A DNA stretch of 32,000 nucleotides from Candidatus Scalindua sp. (GCA_031316235.1 JALDRA010000001.1:3270001-3302000); one strand, 5' to 3'. Shown: positions 8,926 to 19,600, numbered from the stretch's first letter. Notes: generated by a model from the letters alone, not told the origin. Numbers and translations: made by a program.

Positions 8926-11900
8926 GCCAGCTATCTAAAACCATACCAAAACATCCCGAATTGAAACCTGCCGGGGATTTCTACCACCTCCGCAGGGAAG
9001 GAATCGGCTTTATTGAAATAATGGGAAGCCGACTCTGGACGGATTACAATATCCATGACCCGGGGATTACCATCCTCGAGGCCCTCTGTTATGCCCTTAC
9101 AGATCTTGCCTATCGTGCGGGTTGGGACATCAAGGACATTTTGACGCAAAAAACGCCCGATCCGAATAAACCTTTCCCAAAACAGCCGTTTTTTACCGCA
9201 AGGGATATTTTGACCGTAAATCCCTGTACGCCAGATGATTTTCGGCTGCTGCTTATTGACCTGGAATCGGTGCGGAATGCCTGGATTTTCTGCAAGGAAT
9301 GCGCGTGCGAAGTCTATTATTATGCATGGTGCGAGAAAGACAAGTTGACACTGTCGTACAAGAAGCCGGAACCACAATTACAGCCCAAAAAAGTTGTAGC
9401 TGCTGTACCTCAGGGTTTATATGATGTGCTTCTTGAACTGGAAGCCGACCCGGAACTGGGTGACTTGAATGACCATAAGGTCGAATATGCCACAATCGTT
9501 ACAGGCAAAGATGGCGAGAACCATCCGCTCACTATGGAGCTACGTTTCCCGGGAGGGAGCATTAAAAATAGCGAGGAATGGGCATTATTTCAGGATGAGA
9601 GCGATTCTACAGACTTCACCGTAAACCTAAAGCGGCTTGGCGCAACAAAAACCTATGATGTGTTTATCGATCTAAATCTGAAAGATGAAGAGAGGGATGA
9701 ATACATACGCAGGCGCTGGCGGAATGTATTTTACCTTGACCTTGGGATTCAGTATTCCGGCAAGTCCTTCACCATTGAAAATGTTACTATGCTTCTGCTC
9801 AATGATGCGGCTGCACGACAAGCCACGACGGCTATTGGCTTAAAGGAACTGTTCGAAAAGGATGGGGTAGGCATATTCGTTATCCGGCATTACCGCAAAA
9901 AGATGAAGAAAGAAAAAGACTCTATCGCAGATGCAAAGGAGGCATTGCAGAAACATCGCAATCTGGATGAAGATTATTGCAGCGTCAAAGTCGTCGGTAT
10001 TGAAGAGGTCGCCGTTTGTGCTGATGTTGAATTGAAACCAGACGCAGATATCGAATGGGTGCAGGCGCGCATCTGGTTTGAGATCGAACGATACTTCAAT
10101 CCGCCTGTGCCGTTTTACACGTTACAGGAATTGATGGATGCTGGAGAACCGGTCGAAGAAATATTTAACGGACCGGAGCTTAATAGCGGTTTTATTAAGA
10201 GAGTGGATCTGGAAGCTGCTTCATTGAAATCCGAACTGCGGGTTTCGGATATCATCAACCGTCTAATGGATATTGATGGCGTCACTGCCGTCAACCAGTT
10301 GCAACTGACCAAGTACGATGCCGAAGGCAATATCGTCAGGGGCGCTGCCGACCCAACCTGGAGCAGCGATGGAAAACCTATCTTCGATGCCAATAAAACC
10401 AGCGCATCCTGGCTGCTATATATCAGCGAACAGCACCAGCCAAGACTCTATCTGAATGGGTCGCGCTTCCTGTTTTATAAAAACGGACTCCCCTTCCGGC
10501 CGCGCATGGATGAGGCCAGAGACACACTTACCCAATTGCGCGGCGAGGCAGAACGCCCGAAAATCAAAAGCGCGACGAAGGACTTGCAAGTCCCCTCAGG
10601 TAAATACCGCAATCCCGATGATTATTTCCCTGTTCAATACAGCTTTCCTTTGACCTATGGTATTGGTCCGGACGGTCTGCCGTCTAATGCTTCAGATGGG
10701 CGGAAGGCGCAGGCAAAACAGTTGAAAGCTTATTTGCTGGTGTTCGAGCAGTTGCTGGGCAATGCGCTGGCGCAGCTGGCTCATACTGCCGATTTGTTTT
10801 CCATCGACACTGGAGACAAGCGCACGTATTTCGTAAAAGAGTTTACGAACGAGCTGATCAAAGGCTTCGACGAGATTAAAAACGGTCTGGACACAACTGC
10901 CGTGGAAGACATTGCTGAAACCCCAAAGGAGTTTCACGAACGCCGAAACCGCTTTCTGGACCATATCATGGCCCGTTTCGGCGAGCAGTTTGGAGAATAT
11001 GCATTGTTGCTCACCAATCTGGAAGGCCGACAGATGGAGCTTGATCAGTTGATTAAAGTCAAGATTGAATTCCTCAATGTCTATCCGCTTATCAGCCATG
11101 ATCGGGGCAAGGCTTTTAATTATAAAAAATCTCCTGATTCTCATAATATTCCGATTCTGAAGAAACGTATCGGCCTTTTATTAGGTCGTCCCGATTTAGA
11201 ATTCATTGTGGTAGAACACCTCTTGCTGCGGCCAAAATTTCCCGGTGATGCGCTCTATCCTGTCTGTTCGGATGGTCCCTGCAACACATGTGGCGACGAG
11301 GATCCCTACTCTTTCAGACTGACCTTTGTAATGCCGGGCTGGATAGAGCCGTTCAACACAAACATGGAGATGCGCGATTTTGCAGACCGGACCATCCGGC
11401 AGGAAACGCCGGCGCACCTCCTGGTCAAGATATGCTGGGTCAATAACGATGGTTTTATCGAGAACCTCAACGATGGTTTTGACGAAAAGCTCTGTGGTCC
11501 GGTCATCGGAGAACTAGCGGAGCTATTGGAAGGGGAGGGTGAGACAGAAGAGGGGGAAAGTCCCTCTGGAGACGATGCCTGTAAGTGCGCAATAAACATC
11601 TATACCGCCTTCAGCAAAGTCTTCAGTGCATGGTATAAGGGCAAAACCTTGGACTATATGCACCCCGATTCCCTCAGAAAGGCATTGGAAACGGAATTTA
11701 AGAAGGTGAAGAAGCCCGATGATATTTCCTGTACTGCCATTTTAGATTCATTGTGGGATAAAATCCAGGCAAAAATGGTTGAGCATTTCCAATGGGTAGC
11801 ATTCAATGGATGGCAGTACAAGAGGTTCGAAGATGCCTGGGGCAAGTGGTTGGAGGCCAATGCCAAATTCGACTGGACGGAAGAACGTTTGCAAGAGCGT

Positions 11901-12320
11901 GTAATGGCCATTCTTTCGCAGAACCTGGAATCTGTTTCTGGCGCAGAAAAATTCCCAGAAGATGCATTGTGCAAATGTGCCGCTGAAATTTTGATACAAT
12001 GTGGCATGCAATTTCATGCATGGCTCGAGACTAATTTTATTGAGGGAAGAACTCCCGATACATTTACCCCTGAGTTTAAGCCTGACCTGAAGTTGTGCGA
12101 TGATTTTAAATTCAAAAATGGAAACGACACTGCCGAAACGATTATAACACTGCTGAAAAAACGCTACAATGATTATAAAGAAGTCTCTTACCGCCTTCGG
12201 GTCGTGGTGGATCTACTCAGCAGATTGGGCAATATTTATCCTGCAGCGACCCTGCACGATTGTGAAGAAGGCAACGATAAAAACCCGGTACGCCTGGGAA
12301 AAACAGCTTTAGGAAATTGA
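8922..12320 (+). CDS. Large baseplate protein (Afp12-like), 1132 aa, with a Cys-motif C-terminal extension
   Basis: ATGA start/stop overlap with the upstream gene. The N-terminal WTDYNIHDPGITILEALCYALTDLAYRAGWD and the later VEHLLLRPKFPGD...CSDGPCNTCGDEDPYSFRLTFVMPGW resemble eCIS Afp12-position proteins as I recall them. Confidence 0.65.
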   Translation: MSQLSKTIPKHPELKPAGDFYHLRREGIGFIEIMGSRLWTDYNIHDPGITILEALCYALTDLAYRAGWDIKDILTQKTPDPNKPFPKQPFFTARDILTVNPCTPDDFRLLLIDLESVRNAWIFCKECACEVYYYAWCEKDKLTLSYKKPEPQLQPKKVVAAVPQGLYDVLLELEADPELGDLNDHKVEYATIVTGKDGENHPLTMELRFPGGSIKNSEEWALFQDESDSTDFTVNLKRLGATKTYDVFIDLNLKDEERDEYIRRRWRNVFYLDLGIQYSGKSFTIENVTMLLLNDAAARQATTAIGLKELFEKDGVGIFVIRHYRKKMKKEKDSIADAKEALQKHRNLDEDYCSVKVVGIEEVAVCADVELKPDADIEWVQARIWFEIERYFNPPVPFYTLQELMDAGEPVEEIFNGPELNSGFIKRVDLEAASLKSELRVSDIINRLMDIDGVTAVNQLQLTKYDAEGNIVRGAADPTWSSDGKPIFDANKTSASWLLYISEQHQPRLYLNGSRFLFYKNGLPFRPRMDEARDTLTQLRGEAERPKIKSATKDLQVPSGKYRNPDDYFPVQYSFPLTYGIGPDGLPSNASDGRKAQAKQLKAYLLVFEQLLGNALAQLAHTADLFSIDTGDKRTYFVKEFTNELIKGFDEIKNGLDTTAVEDIAETPKEFHERRNRFLDHIMARFGEQFGEYALLLTNLEGRQMELDQLIKVKIEFLNVYPLISHDRGKAFNYKKSPDSHNIPILKKRIGLLLGRPDLEFIVVEHLLLRPKFPGDALYPVCSDGPCNTCGDEDPYSFRLTFVMPGWIEPFNTNMEMRDFADRTIRQETPAHLLVKICWVNNDGFIENLNDGFDEKLCGPVIGELAELLEGEGETEEGESPSGDDACKCAINIYTAFSKVFSAWYKGKTLDYMHPDSLRKALETEFKKVKKPDDISCTAILDSLWDKIQAKMVEHFQWVAFNGWQYKRFEDAWGKWLEANAKFDWTEERLQERVMAILSQNLESVSGAEKFPEDALCKCAAEILIQCGMQFHAWLETNFIEGRTPDTFTPEFKPDLKLCDDFKFKNGNDTAETIITLLKKRYNDYKEVSYRLRVVVDLLSRLGNIYPAATLHDCEEGNDKNPVRLGKTALGN

Positions 12321-12331
12321 CGGAGGTATTT

Positions 12332-14923
12332 ATGGAACTTACTGAAAAAAGTGGAAGTTATCCTGTCTTCGAGCCTAATCAGATCCTTTCCGATGCGCAT
12401 CTGAATCAGGCTCGCGATTACCTGGATGAGCAGGAACGGTTGACGCGCGCCAACCTCATCGGCATCGGTATTATCTGTGGTCTGGAGATTCGCTACGATC
12501 CAGCAGAGGTACCCAAAACCATACACGTTTCCAAAGGCTGCGGCGTTACGTCGGAAGGTTATCTGATAGTGGAATCTGAGGATGTGTCATTGGTTTCGTA
12601 CCGGAAGTACGAACTGCCGGGCGGTATTGACTACCCTGCCTTCAAGGACAGCTCATCCCCCCCAGTGCAGTGCCCTCTGTGGGAGTTGTTCCCGGCAGGC
12701 GAGCCTGACACAACCCCACTGGCGACAAATTTCCTGAGCGACAAATCGGTACTGCTGTTTCTTGAATTGAAAGAGGAAGGATTGCGCAATTGCAGCCCTA
12801 ATAATTGCGATGACAAAGGGCTGAAAGTGACGGCAACAATACGTCGTTTACTGGTAAGTCAAGAGGATTTGAATAATATCAGTGGTTCTCCTTTAGTGGA
12901 ATTTCAGAAATCTCGTTTTGATGTGTCTGAAATTCCGATGCGCAGAATAAACTTTTCTATACCAGAGGATTTGCGGAACTATCAAGAGGTATTTAAAAAT
13001 TATTTTACTTACAAAATGGGTGGAAAGACTGCCGTTGGAAGGCTCGTAGAGGCAATCGATAAAGCATATACAATCATAAAATTATTGCTACCTGATTTAA
13101 ATAGTTTCGACAAAGCAAAATTTAATTCGTTTTTTACCTTTCAGGCGAATATGAATGTGATAGCGATTCAGTATTACTACGATTTGCTTCGTGATTTGAC
13201 GTCTACATACCATGAATTACGTGCTGCGCTATTACAGCAATTGGCTCTTTGCTTACCCGAGAGCGTTTATTTTCCTCGTCATCTAACTTTGGGAGTGCTG
13301 GTCGGTAGTCAAGCTGCAGAGTGGAGAACGGGTTATTTCCCTTCTCCCGCTGTTGCCTCACCTCGATGCAAACTAGGTGAACTTCGCTTTTTATTCGAAC
13401 GGCTTAATCAGCTGGTGCTAAATTTCAATATTCCATCAGGGCCTCAATCTCAAATTCCGATAAAAATCACGCCAAGCCTTTTTGGTTTGAAACATTTATC
13501 CGGAAAATCCATGCCGTTCTATTACAATCCCGGGCTGCGACAACAATGGGATGCCGCGCGAAAGGGGCAGCAGTCTCAAGAGATTCTTTCCTGGCATGAA
13601 GAGATCAGTAGTTCTGATTATATACGCAATCCGCTGCTATATGACTTGGAACCCTATAATTTTTTCAGAGTTGAAGGTCATGTGGGTAAAAATGTTTTGG
13701 ATGTAACCACAAGCCTGGGAAACTTGATCATAGTCAATCGTTTACCCATTACGATCCTGTATCTCAATGCCGATGCGGTGGGTATTTTCCTGGAAAAGCA
13801 CTTCGCCATCGAGCATGAAGCAGGTGTCATGCGTGGCGGTACGTTCGTTGTTTTATATGGCGGTGCCGGCCTTAACGCAAATTTAGTGTTATGCGATTTC
13901 AATCTTCCTTATCGGATAGAAACACGGTCTTCAGATTGTCTTTGCAGGGTGGCGATAAGGGAGTGCTACTACGAGTGGTTCGATAGCAAACGCCATCTGA
14001 GCAGCCTTGCCCGGCTTGAATATAATAAATCTAAATCCAAGGAATTTGACAGAGATTTGTTATCTAAGTATTATGTCATACTTATTTACCACTATGAAAT
14101 TCAGGGGAGGCCGGTCATTGCCGGCAGCACACCCGTGCAGGTCCGAGTCCCTATTGCCGAATTGGTAAGCGGCCAAATATCGACCATCGCCAGGAAGTTG
14201 AATGAAAAGTTTCCTAGTGGTTTAGTCTTCGATCACGACGCTACGACAAACAAACTGGTCATCCGATATTTTGCTGACCAAACATTTCGCATCGAATGGG
14301 GGGGGCTGCAAGGCAATCAAATTCGATACGCATATACCCAGGAAAGGATCTATCGGTGGCAGAAAGGGGCATGGGAATTTCTCAATAATGTTTCTAAATA
14401 CAAGGTGGATTGCCGTCTGCGTAATGATTATCGTTCCGATGAATATCAATGGTTGCAGGGAGATGATTACTACTCGGCCAAGTATCCGACGCCTGCTCCA
14501 ATGCCTACGCCAAAGGATCTTATTGAATGGGAAAACATGATTCAAAAAAGGGCTGCGAAATCGTATCGGGTCCTACCTGAAAGCATTTCCATAGTACTTG
14601 ATAAAATAAAAAGTAAATACGGAAATTTTAACGTTGGCAATATTGATTTACGAGTTTTCTTGATAGGGAGCTGGGCCAATGGCAGCTGGGTGTCGCTACA
14701 ATCTGATGAAAACAGGTTTCCCCGAGGATTCCTTGATCTGCGGCAAAAAGTAACAGGAAAGACTGGTCCCAGCGACATTGATTTACTTGTGTATATTGCA
14801 CCAGGCAGACTTAATCCAGAGGATGTTTTGAATAAGCTCAAAGAAATCAGTGAAGGGAGCGGGTATGGTATTAATGTTGTATTTGGCAAGGAAGACGCCC
14901 AGAAGGGGATACAGATAATCTAG
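12332..14923 (+). CDS. Afp13-position (fibre-position) protein of unknown fold with a nucleotidyltransferase-like C-terminus
   Basis: ATG 12332 is preceded by GGAGG; the tracked ORF starts at TTG 12317, overlapping the upstream stop. N-terminus YPVFEPNQILSDAHLNQARDYLDEQERLTRANLIGIGIICGLEI. The C-terminal 100 aa contain LIGSWANGSW...GPSDIDLLVYI. No fibre-like repeats are visible by eye. Confidence 0.55.
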   Translation: MELTEKSGSYPVFEPNQILSDAHLNQARDYLDEQERLTRANLIGIGIICGLEIRYDPAEVPKTIHVSKGCGVTSEGYLIVESEDVSLVSYRKYELPGGIDYPAFKDSSSPPVQCPLWELFPAGEPDTTPLATNFLSDKSVLLFLELKEEGLRNCSPNNCDDKGLKVTATIRRLLVSQEDLNNISGSPLVEFQKSRFDVSEIPMRRINFSIPEDLRNYQEVFKNYFTYKMGGKTAVGRLVEAIDKAYTIIKLLLPDLNSFDKAKFNSFFTFQANMNVIAIQYYYDLLRDLTSTYHELRAALLQQLALCLPESVYFPRHLTLGVLVGSQAAEWRTGYFPSPAVASPRCKLGELRFLFERLNQLVLNFNIPSGPQSQIPIKITPSLFGLKHLSGKSMPFYYNPGLRQQWDAARKGQQSQEILSWHEEISSSDYIRNPLLYDLEPYNFFRVEGHVGKNVLDVTTSLGNLIIVNRLPITILYLNADAVGIFLEKHFAIEHEAGVMRGGTFVVLYGGAGLNANLVLCDFNLPYRIETRSSDCLCRVAIRECYYEWFDSKRHLSSLARLEYNKSKSKEFDRDLLSKYYVILIYHYEIQGRPVIAGSTPVQVRVPIAELVSGQISTIARKLNEKFPSGLVFDHDATTNKLVIRYFADQTFRIEWGGLQGNQIRYAYTQERIYRWQKGAWEFLNNVSKYKVDCRLRNDYRSDEYQWLQGDDYYSAKYPTPAPMPTPKDLIEWENMIQKRAAKSYRVLPESISIVLDKIKSKYGNFNVGNIDLRVFLIGSWANGSWVSLQSDENRFPRGFLDLRQKVTGKTGPSDIDLLVYIAPGRLNPEDVLNKLKEISEGSGYGINVVFGKEDAQKGIQII

Positions 14924-14962
14924 TTGGAAAAGAATTTTAGGTAGAGCAATACAAAATAAAAT

Positions 14963-14982
14963 GGGGCCACTAATGTGGCCCC
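14963..14982 (+). terminator. GC-rich hairpin at the operon boundary (possible terminator)
   Basis: GGGGCCAC-taat-GTGGCCCC, a perfect 8-bp stem, lies 40 nt after the 868-aa gene stop. No U-tract follows directly on the + strand (TTTT is 14 nt downstream). A T-rich run follows it on the - strand. Confidence 0.4.
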
Positions 14983-15150
14983 GAGGAAATAGGGTCTGTT
15001 TTCGACTACTGAGCCCCCCAAGAGAGATAAAACCATAACCATAGAGGAAATAAAAAACCCCCAAAGGAAATGAAACCCTCAAGGCGATATGCCTACCGCA
15101 AGTTCCAGTGATTTCATTGTAACATATTTTTTGAACTTTGCAAGTTTATT

Positions 15151-16629
15151 ATGGCATCCAATATTCATCTGATTCAGAAACAATACCTCAATGTCGAGTT
15201 GAACGGCACGGAGTCTGACGGGTTGGCTTTGCAGCGCCGCCTGCCGGACCTGTTGCAGCATAGGTTGCTGCCAGCCATCGAGCATGTCCTGGAACGTTTT
15301 TCGCTACAAGAGGGACATGTTTTTATAGAAAGGCTGGAAATCGACGCAGGGGCCTTGACGCTCGAACAATTGGAGGACAAACTGGCAGAATCTGTGGTGC
15401 AGGAGCTGGAAAAGTCGCTTCGCGTGCATACTTCTCCGGAAGAATTGTCTGCAATGGCAATGTCTGGTAAAACAAGGCATAAAACAGGGCAGCAGTCCAT
15501 CAACGAAGCATTGATCTATTTTTTAAAAACCGGCAGCCTGCCCTGGTCATTCCGCTTGCCGGATGGAGCCACCTTGGAACAGGTCATACTCGGTTCATGG
15601 CAGGAGTCTGAGAAATCTGGCGTTGATCCTTTATCTGGACGCGATGAGATGCTGCGGACGCTTGCAGGCGTCACTGTCCGGAAGCGCCTGGTCAGGCAAT
15701 TTTTCCCGGCTTTGTTGGAAGCCCTGTTCTCCCTGCTTGTGCCCGAAGGCAAGACGGTAATGGACGGGTTTTTACAGCCAATTCGCAGTTCGGCTATGCC
15801 ATCTGTTGATAAAAAATATTTCGAACTACTCCTATGGGAAACGGCATTTGCCAAGCTTGCGGAGGGGCGCACCTTGACATCAATGGAACTTGTCGGCGAA
15901 GCCTGGTGTGCCATGCCTGTCTCAGCAACAGGATATGTTGAACTGGAAAGAGTCCTGGAGCTTCACTGGGCGGATGTAAAAAACAGGATACCGCGGCGAC
16001 TTTCCGGATTAAATAAAACCTCAATTACCGATGGACATTCCGGAGCCGGAGAGAAAATATGTTTTGAACCGGTGTCTGAAAATCTGCCTGGGTCCGCTAA
16101 TAAACCCATCATGCGAAGCACGCATCCCGATATAGAAGAGGGCCTTTATATTGAGAATGCTGGCTTGGTTTTACTGCATCCTTTCCTGCCACGGTTTTTT
16201 ACAGGACTGGGCATCGCTGAAGAAGACAAACTCCTGCAACCCGGGCGCGCCTTGTGTCTCCTTCATTTTTTGGCTACCGGTCAGGTCATTGCACCGGAGC
16301 ATGAGTTGATTTTGCCAAAGATTCTCTGCAACGTGCCTTTGGAGACGCCGGTAGAGTCCGACGTAGCAGTAACACTTGCGGAACAGGAAGAGGCAGCCGC
16401 CTTGCTTGCAGCCGTTATCAGTCACTGGGATGCGCTGCGGAATACATCAGCAGACGGTTTGCGCGGAACATTCCTGCTTCGTCCGGGGAAAGTATCTTTG
16501 AGAGAGGCCGATTGGCAGTTGATGGTTGAATCGCGGGGATTCGACGTCCTTTTGGACCAATTACCATGGGGTATTTCCATGATCAAGCTGCCATGGATGG
16601 AGAGGATGCTATGGGTGAAATGGAAGTAA
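15151..16629 (+). CDS. Tape-measure-like protein of contractile injection systems (Afp14-like)
   Basis: N-terminal IHLIQKQYLNVELNG...LLPAIEHVLERFS...VFIERLEIDAGALTLEQLEDKL and C-terminal LYIENAGLVLLHPFLPRFFTGLGI match the pattern I recall for eCIS tape-measure proteins. No SD precedes the ATG. Confidence 0.6.
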   Translation: MASNIHLIQKQYLNVELNGTESDGLALQRRLPDLLQHRLLPAIEHVLERFSLQEGHVFIERLEIDAGALTLEQLEDKLAESVVQELEKSLRVHTSPEELSAMAMSGKTRHKTGQQSINEALIYFLKTGSLPWSFRLPDGATLEQVILGSWQESEKSGVDPLSGRDEMLRTLAGVTVRKRLVRQFFPALLEALFSLLVPEGKTVMDGFLQPIRSSAMPSVDKKYFELLLWETAFAKLAEGRTLTSMELVGEAWCAMPVSATGYVELERVLELHWADVKNRIPRRLSGLNKTSITDGHSGAGEKICFEPVSENLPGSANKPIMRSTHPDIEEGLYIENAGLVLLHPFLPRFFTGLGIAEEDKLLQPGRALCLLHFLATGQVIAPEHELILPKILCNVPLETPVESDVAVTLAEQEEAAALLAAVISHWDALRNTSADGLRGTFLLRPGKVSLREADWQLMVESRGFDVLLDQLPWGISMIKLPWMERMLWVKWK

Positions 16630-16650
16630 TAATTTGGTACTAAATAAACT

Positions 16651-19600
16651 ATGAAGACCAGTGCGGAAAAATCATCTACAACGACCTCAGCAACGACAAC
16701 GCATGCTGCGGGCCGTCCTTTTTTCCCAAAGACGGGAGAAGGCGGTTTTTTCACACCGCAGAGATCAACCGTTGCCCCATTCGTCCAAATGAAAATGGCG
16801 GTCAATAAGCCGGGGGATAAGCTTGAGCAGGAAGCGGATAAGATGGCAGGTAAGGTGATGCGGATGCCCTCCCCTGCATTAGGTGAGAAAAAACTCCCGG
16901 GACAAACTGACGAAAAGTTACAGAAAAAAGAAAAGGAAAAAGAAGAAAAAATACAAAGAGCAGCTATTCCCGAAGAAAAGGCCCCAAAAAAAGAAGAAGA
17001 AAAGATTCAGAAAACTCCGGAGAAAGATGAAAAACTCCAGCGCAAAGGTGGCGATGGCACGCCTGCTATCGGATCTAATACCCAATCTGCTATTCAAAAC
17101 AAGACCACTGGCGGCCAGCCGCTTTCCAGCGATGTTCGCAGTTACATGGAGCCTCGATTTAATGCAGATTTCAGCAGTGTGCGCATCCATAGCGATGCTG
17201 AATCCGGCGGTTTGAGCAATCAACTGAGCGCCCGGGCCTTTACCTACCAGAACCATATCTTCTTTTCCCGTGATCAGTACCAGCCCGGCACCAGCGAGGG
17301 CAAACAACTCCTGGCACATGAACTTACCCACACCATTCAGCAGGGTCATGCGGTACAACGTAGCCTGCAAGTAACCACCACGGTGACTCCGCCGCTGATA
17401 CAGCGCCTTGGGATACGGGATGCTCTGGATTATTTCGCTGATAAAGCCAATTTGATTCCTGGCTTCCGGATGCTAACCCTCCTTTTGGGTTTCAATCCGA
17501 TCAACATGCGCTCCACGGTCCGCAGCGCCGCAAACCTGTTGCGGGCCTTGATCGAATTGATTCCCGGTGGCGCCTTCATTGCACAGGCACTGGACAACCA
17601 CGGAGTCATCAATAAAGCCGCAGATTGGGTTGAGAAAAAGCTGGCAATATTTGGCGACATTGGCAGCGAAATCGTCAGTGGCTTGAAACGTTTCATGGAT
17701 TCACTCAGCTGGAGCGACATCTTTGATCTTGGCGGCGTGTGGGATCGTGCCAGGAGCATCTTTACCGCACCAATAGCCCGGCTGATTGCCTTTGGCGGAT
17801 CAGTAGTTGTCGAAATACTCAAGATGGTCAAGGACGTCATACTTAAACCACTAGCTGCGCTGGCACAAGGGACCAGGGGTTACGACCTTCTTAAAGCCAT
17901 TCTTGGTGAAGACCCGATAACCGGCGAATCTGTCCCGCGTAATGCCGACACCCTCATCGGGGGCTTTATGAAACTCATCGGCCAGGAAGAGGTATGGGAA
18001 AACATCAAAAAGGGCAAAGCCGTTGCCCGCGCATGGGCATGGTTCCAGGGCGCACTGGCAGGCCTTATGGGTTTTGTGCGTGCAATTCCCGGTAAGATTG
18101 TAGCTATACTCAGTTCTCTGATATTCCAGGACATCATTACTGTTGCGGGAGCATTCGGTAAAATTGTGAGCGCCTTTGCTAACATCGCAGGTGAATTTAT
18201 CAGTTGGGGACTCAATCAGATCATCAGTCTGCTTGAGATACTCTTCACCGTCGTGGCTCCCGGTATTATGCCTTACATCAGGAAAGCTCAGGCGGCGTTC
18301 ATAACCATCCTTAAGAACCCTATAGGATTTGTTGGAAACCTGGTGCGGGCCGGGAAGATGGGTTTCGAAATGTTTGCAGGCAATATCCTGGAACACCTGA
18401 AAACAGCTTTGATCAAGTGGCTCGTCGGACCGTTAGCAGAAGCCGGAGTGTATATTCCCAAGTCATTCGATTTGATTGAAATTGTCAAACTGGTGCTGTC
18501 GGTTCTCGGTTTGACCTGGCAGAACATCCGAAGCAAACTGGTGAAAATCATTCCCGAACCTGTGCTTGTCGGATTGGAAAAAACCGCAGGCATTCTGGTT
18601 ACCCTTGTGAAGGATGGCCCGGCAGCAGCCTGGGAACAGATCAAAGCCGAACTGAGAGAATTAAAGGACCAACTGATTGCTCAGATTACACAAATGGTCA
18701 CAACCGAGGTGGTAAAAGCAGCCATTATGAAGCTGGTGAGCATGTTGAACCCGGCCGGTGCGGTCATTCAAGCCATTATCGCCATTTACAATACTATTAC
18801 TTTCTTTATCCAGAAAATCCAACAAATCGCTGCCGTAGTCGCGTCTTTTATAGATTCAATCTCCGCCATTGCATCCGGCCAAGTCGCCAATGCCGCTAAG
18901 AAGGTGGAGCAGACCATGGCCAATACGCTCACGGTGGTTATAGCGTTTCTGGCCAAGTTCGCGGGGTTGGGGGGTATCCCGGATAAGATCGTAGGGATAG
19001 TCAAGAAGATACGGCAACCTATCGACAAGGGGTTGGATATGATTGTGGCGTGGTTAGGGAATATGTTGAAGAATCTCATTTCAGCAGTGAAGGGGGCTGC
19101 GGGATCGCTGTTTCAGTGGTGGAAGAAAAAAATACCCATCGATGCTGGAGGCGAGAAGCACAGCCTTTATTTTCAAGGCGAGGAAGACTCGGCGGAACTC
19201 ATGGTGGCCAGTAACCCAAGACGGCTGGAGAATTTTGTAACCGAAGCCCGGGCAAATCCTGAAATAACCGGGAACCCTAAGAAAAAGGTAGCATTGGACA
19301 AGATCGCAGCCGAAATACCTGTTCTTCGCAAAATACGCGATGACTTGCGTCCTCTTAAGGATGCTCTGGAGGATAAGCGTAAACCTTATCTGGACAAGCT
19401 CGATAAAAGCTTTGAAAAAATCGGAACCGAACTTGGGGTGATACTCGCGGATTCCAAGAGCGGCACGCAAACAACTCCAATACCCATACCCTGGCCCAAA
19501 CCGGCCTATACAGGTTATCCAAAGCTATCTCTATATAACCAGGGATTGCCGGACAAACCCAAGTGGAAGTTGTCAGCCAAAAAGGAAACTGCTACACTGA

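Noticed and set aside
15079-15285. 68-aa minus-strand ORF across the tape-measure gene start, as a possible divergent regulator
   Set aside because: It overlaps the 5' end of the plus-strand gene, has no RBS, and its sequence is the mirror of a conserved N-terminus. It is most likely spurious.
278-18396. Long antisense or alternative-frame ORFs inside the eCIS genes (e.g. 278..670-, 697..1059-, 7580..8071+, 10692..11144-, 16918..17370-, 17851..18396-)
   Set aside because: They lie entirely within strongly supported sense-strand genes. Their products are low-complexity or compositionally odd (e.g. poly-F/L from the purine-rich K/E region), and they have no RBS or recognisable motif.
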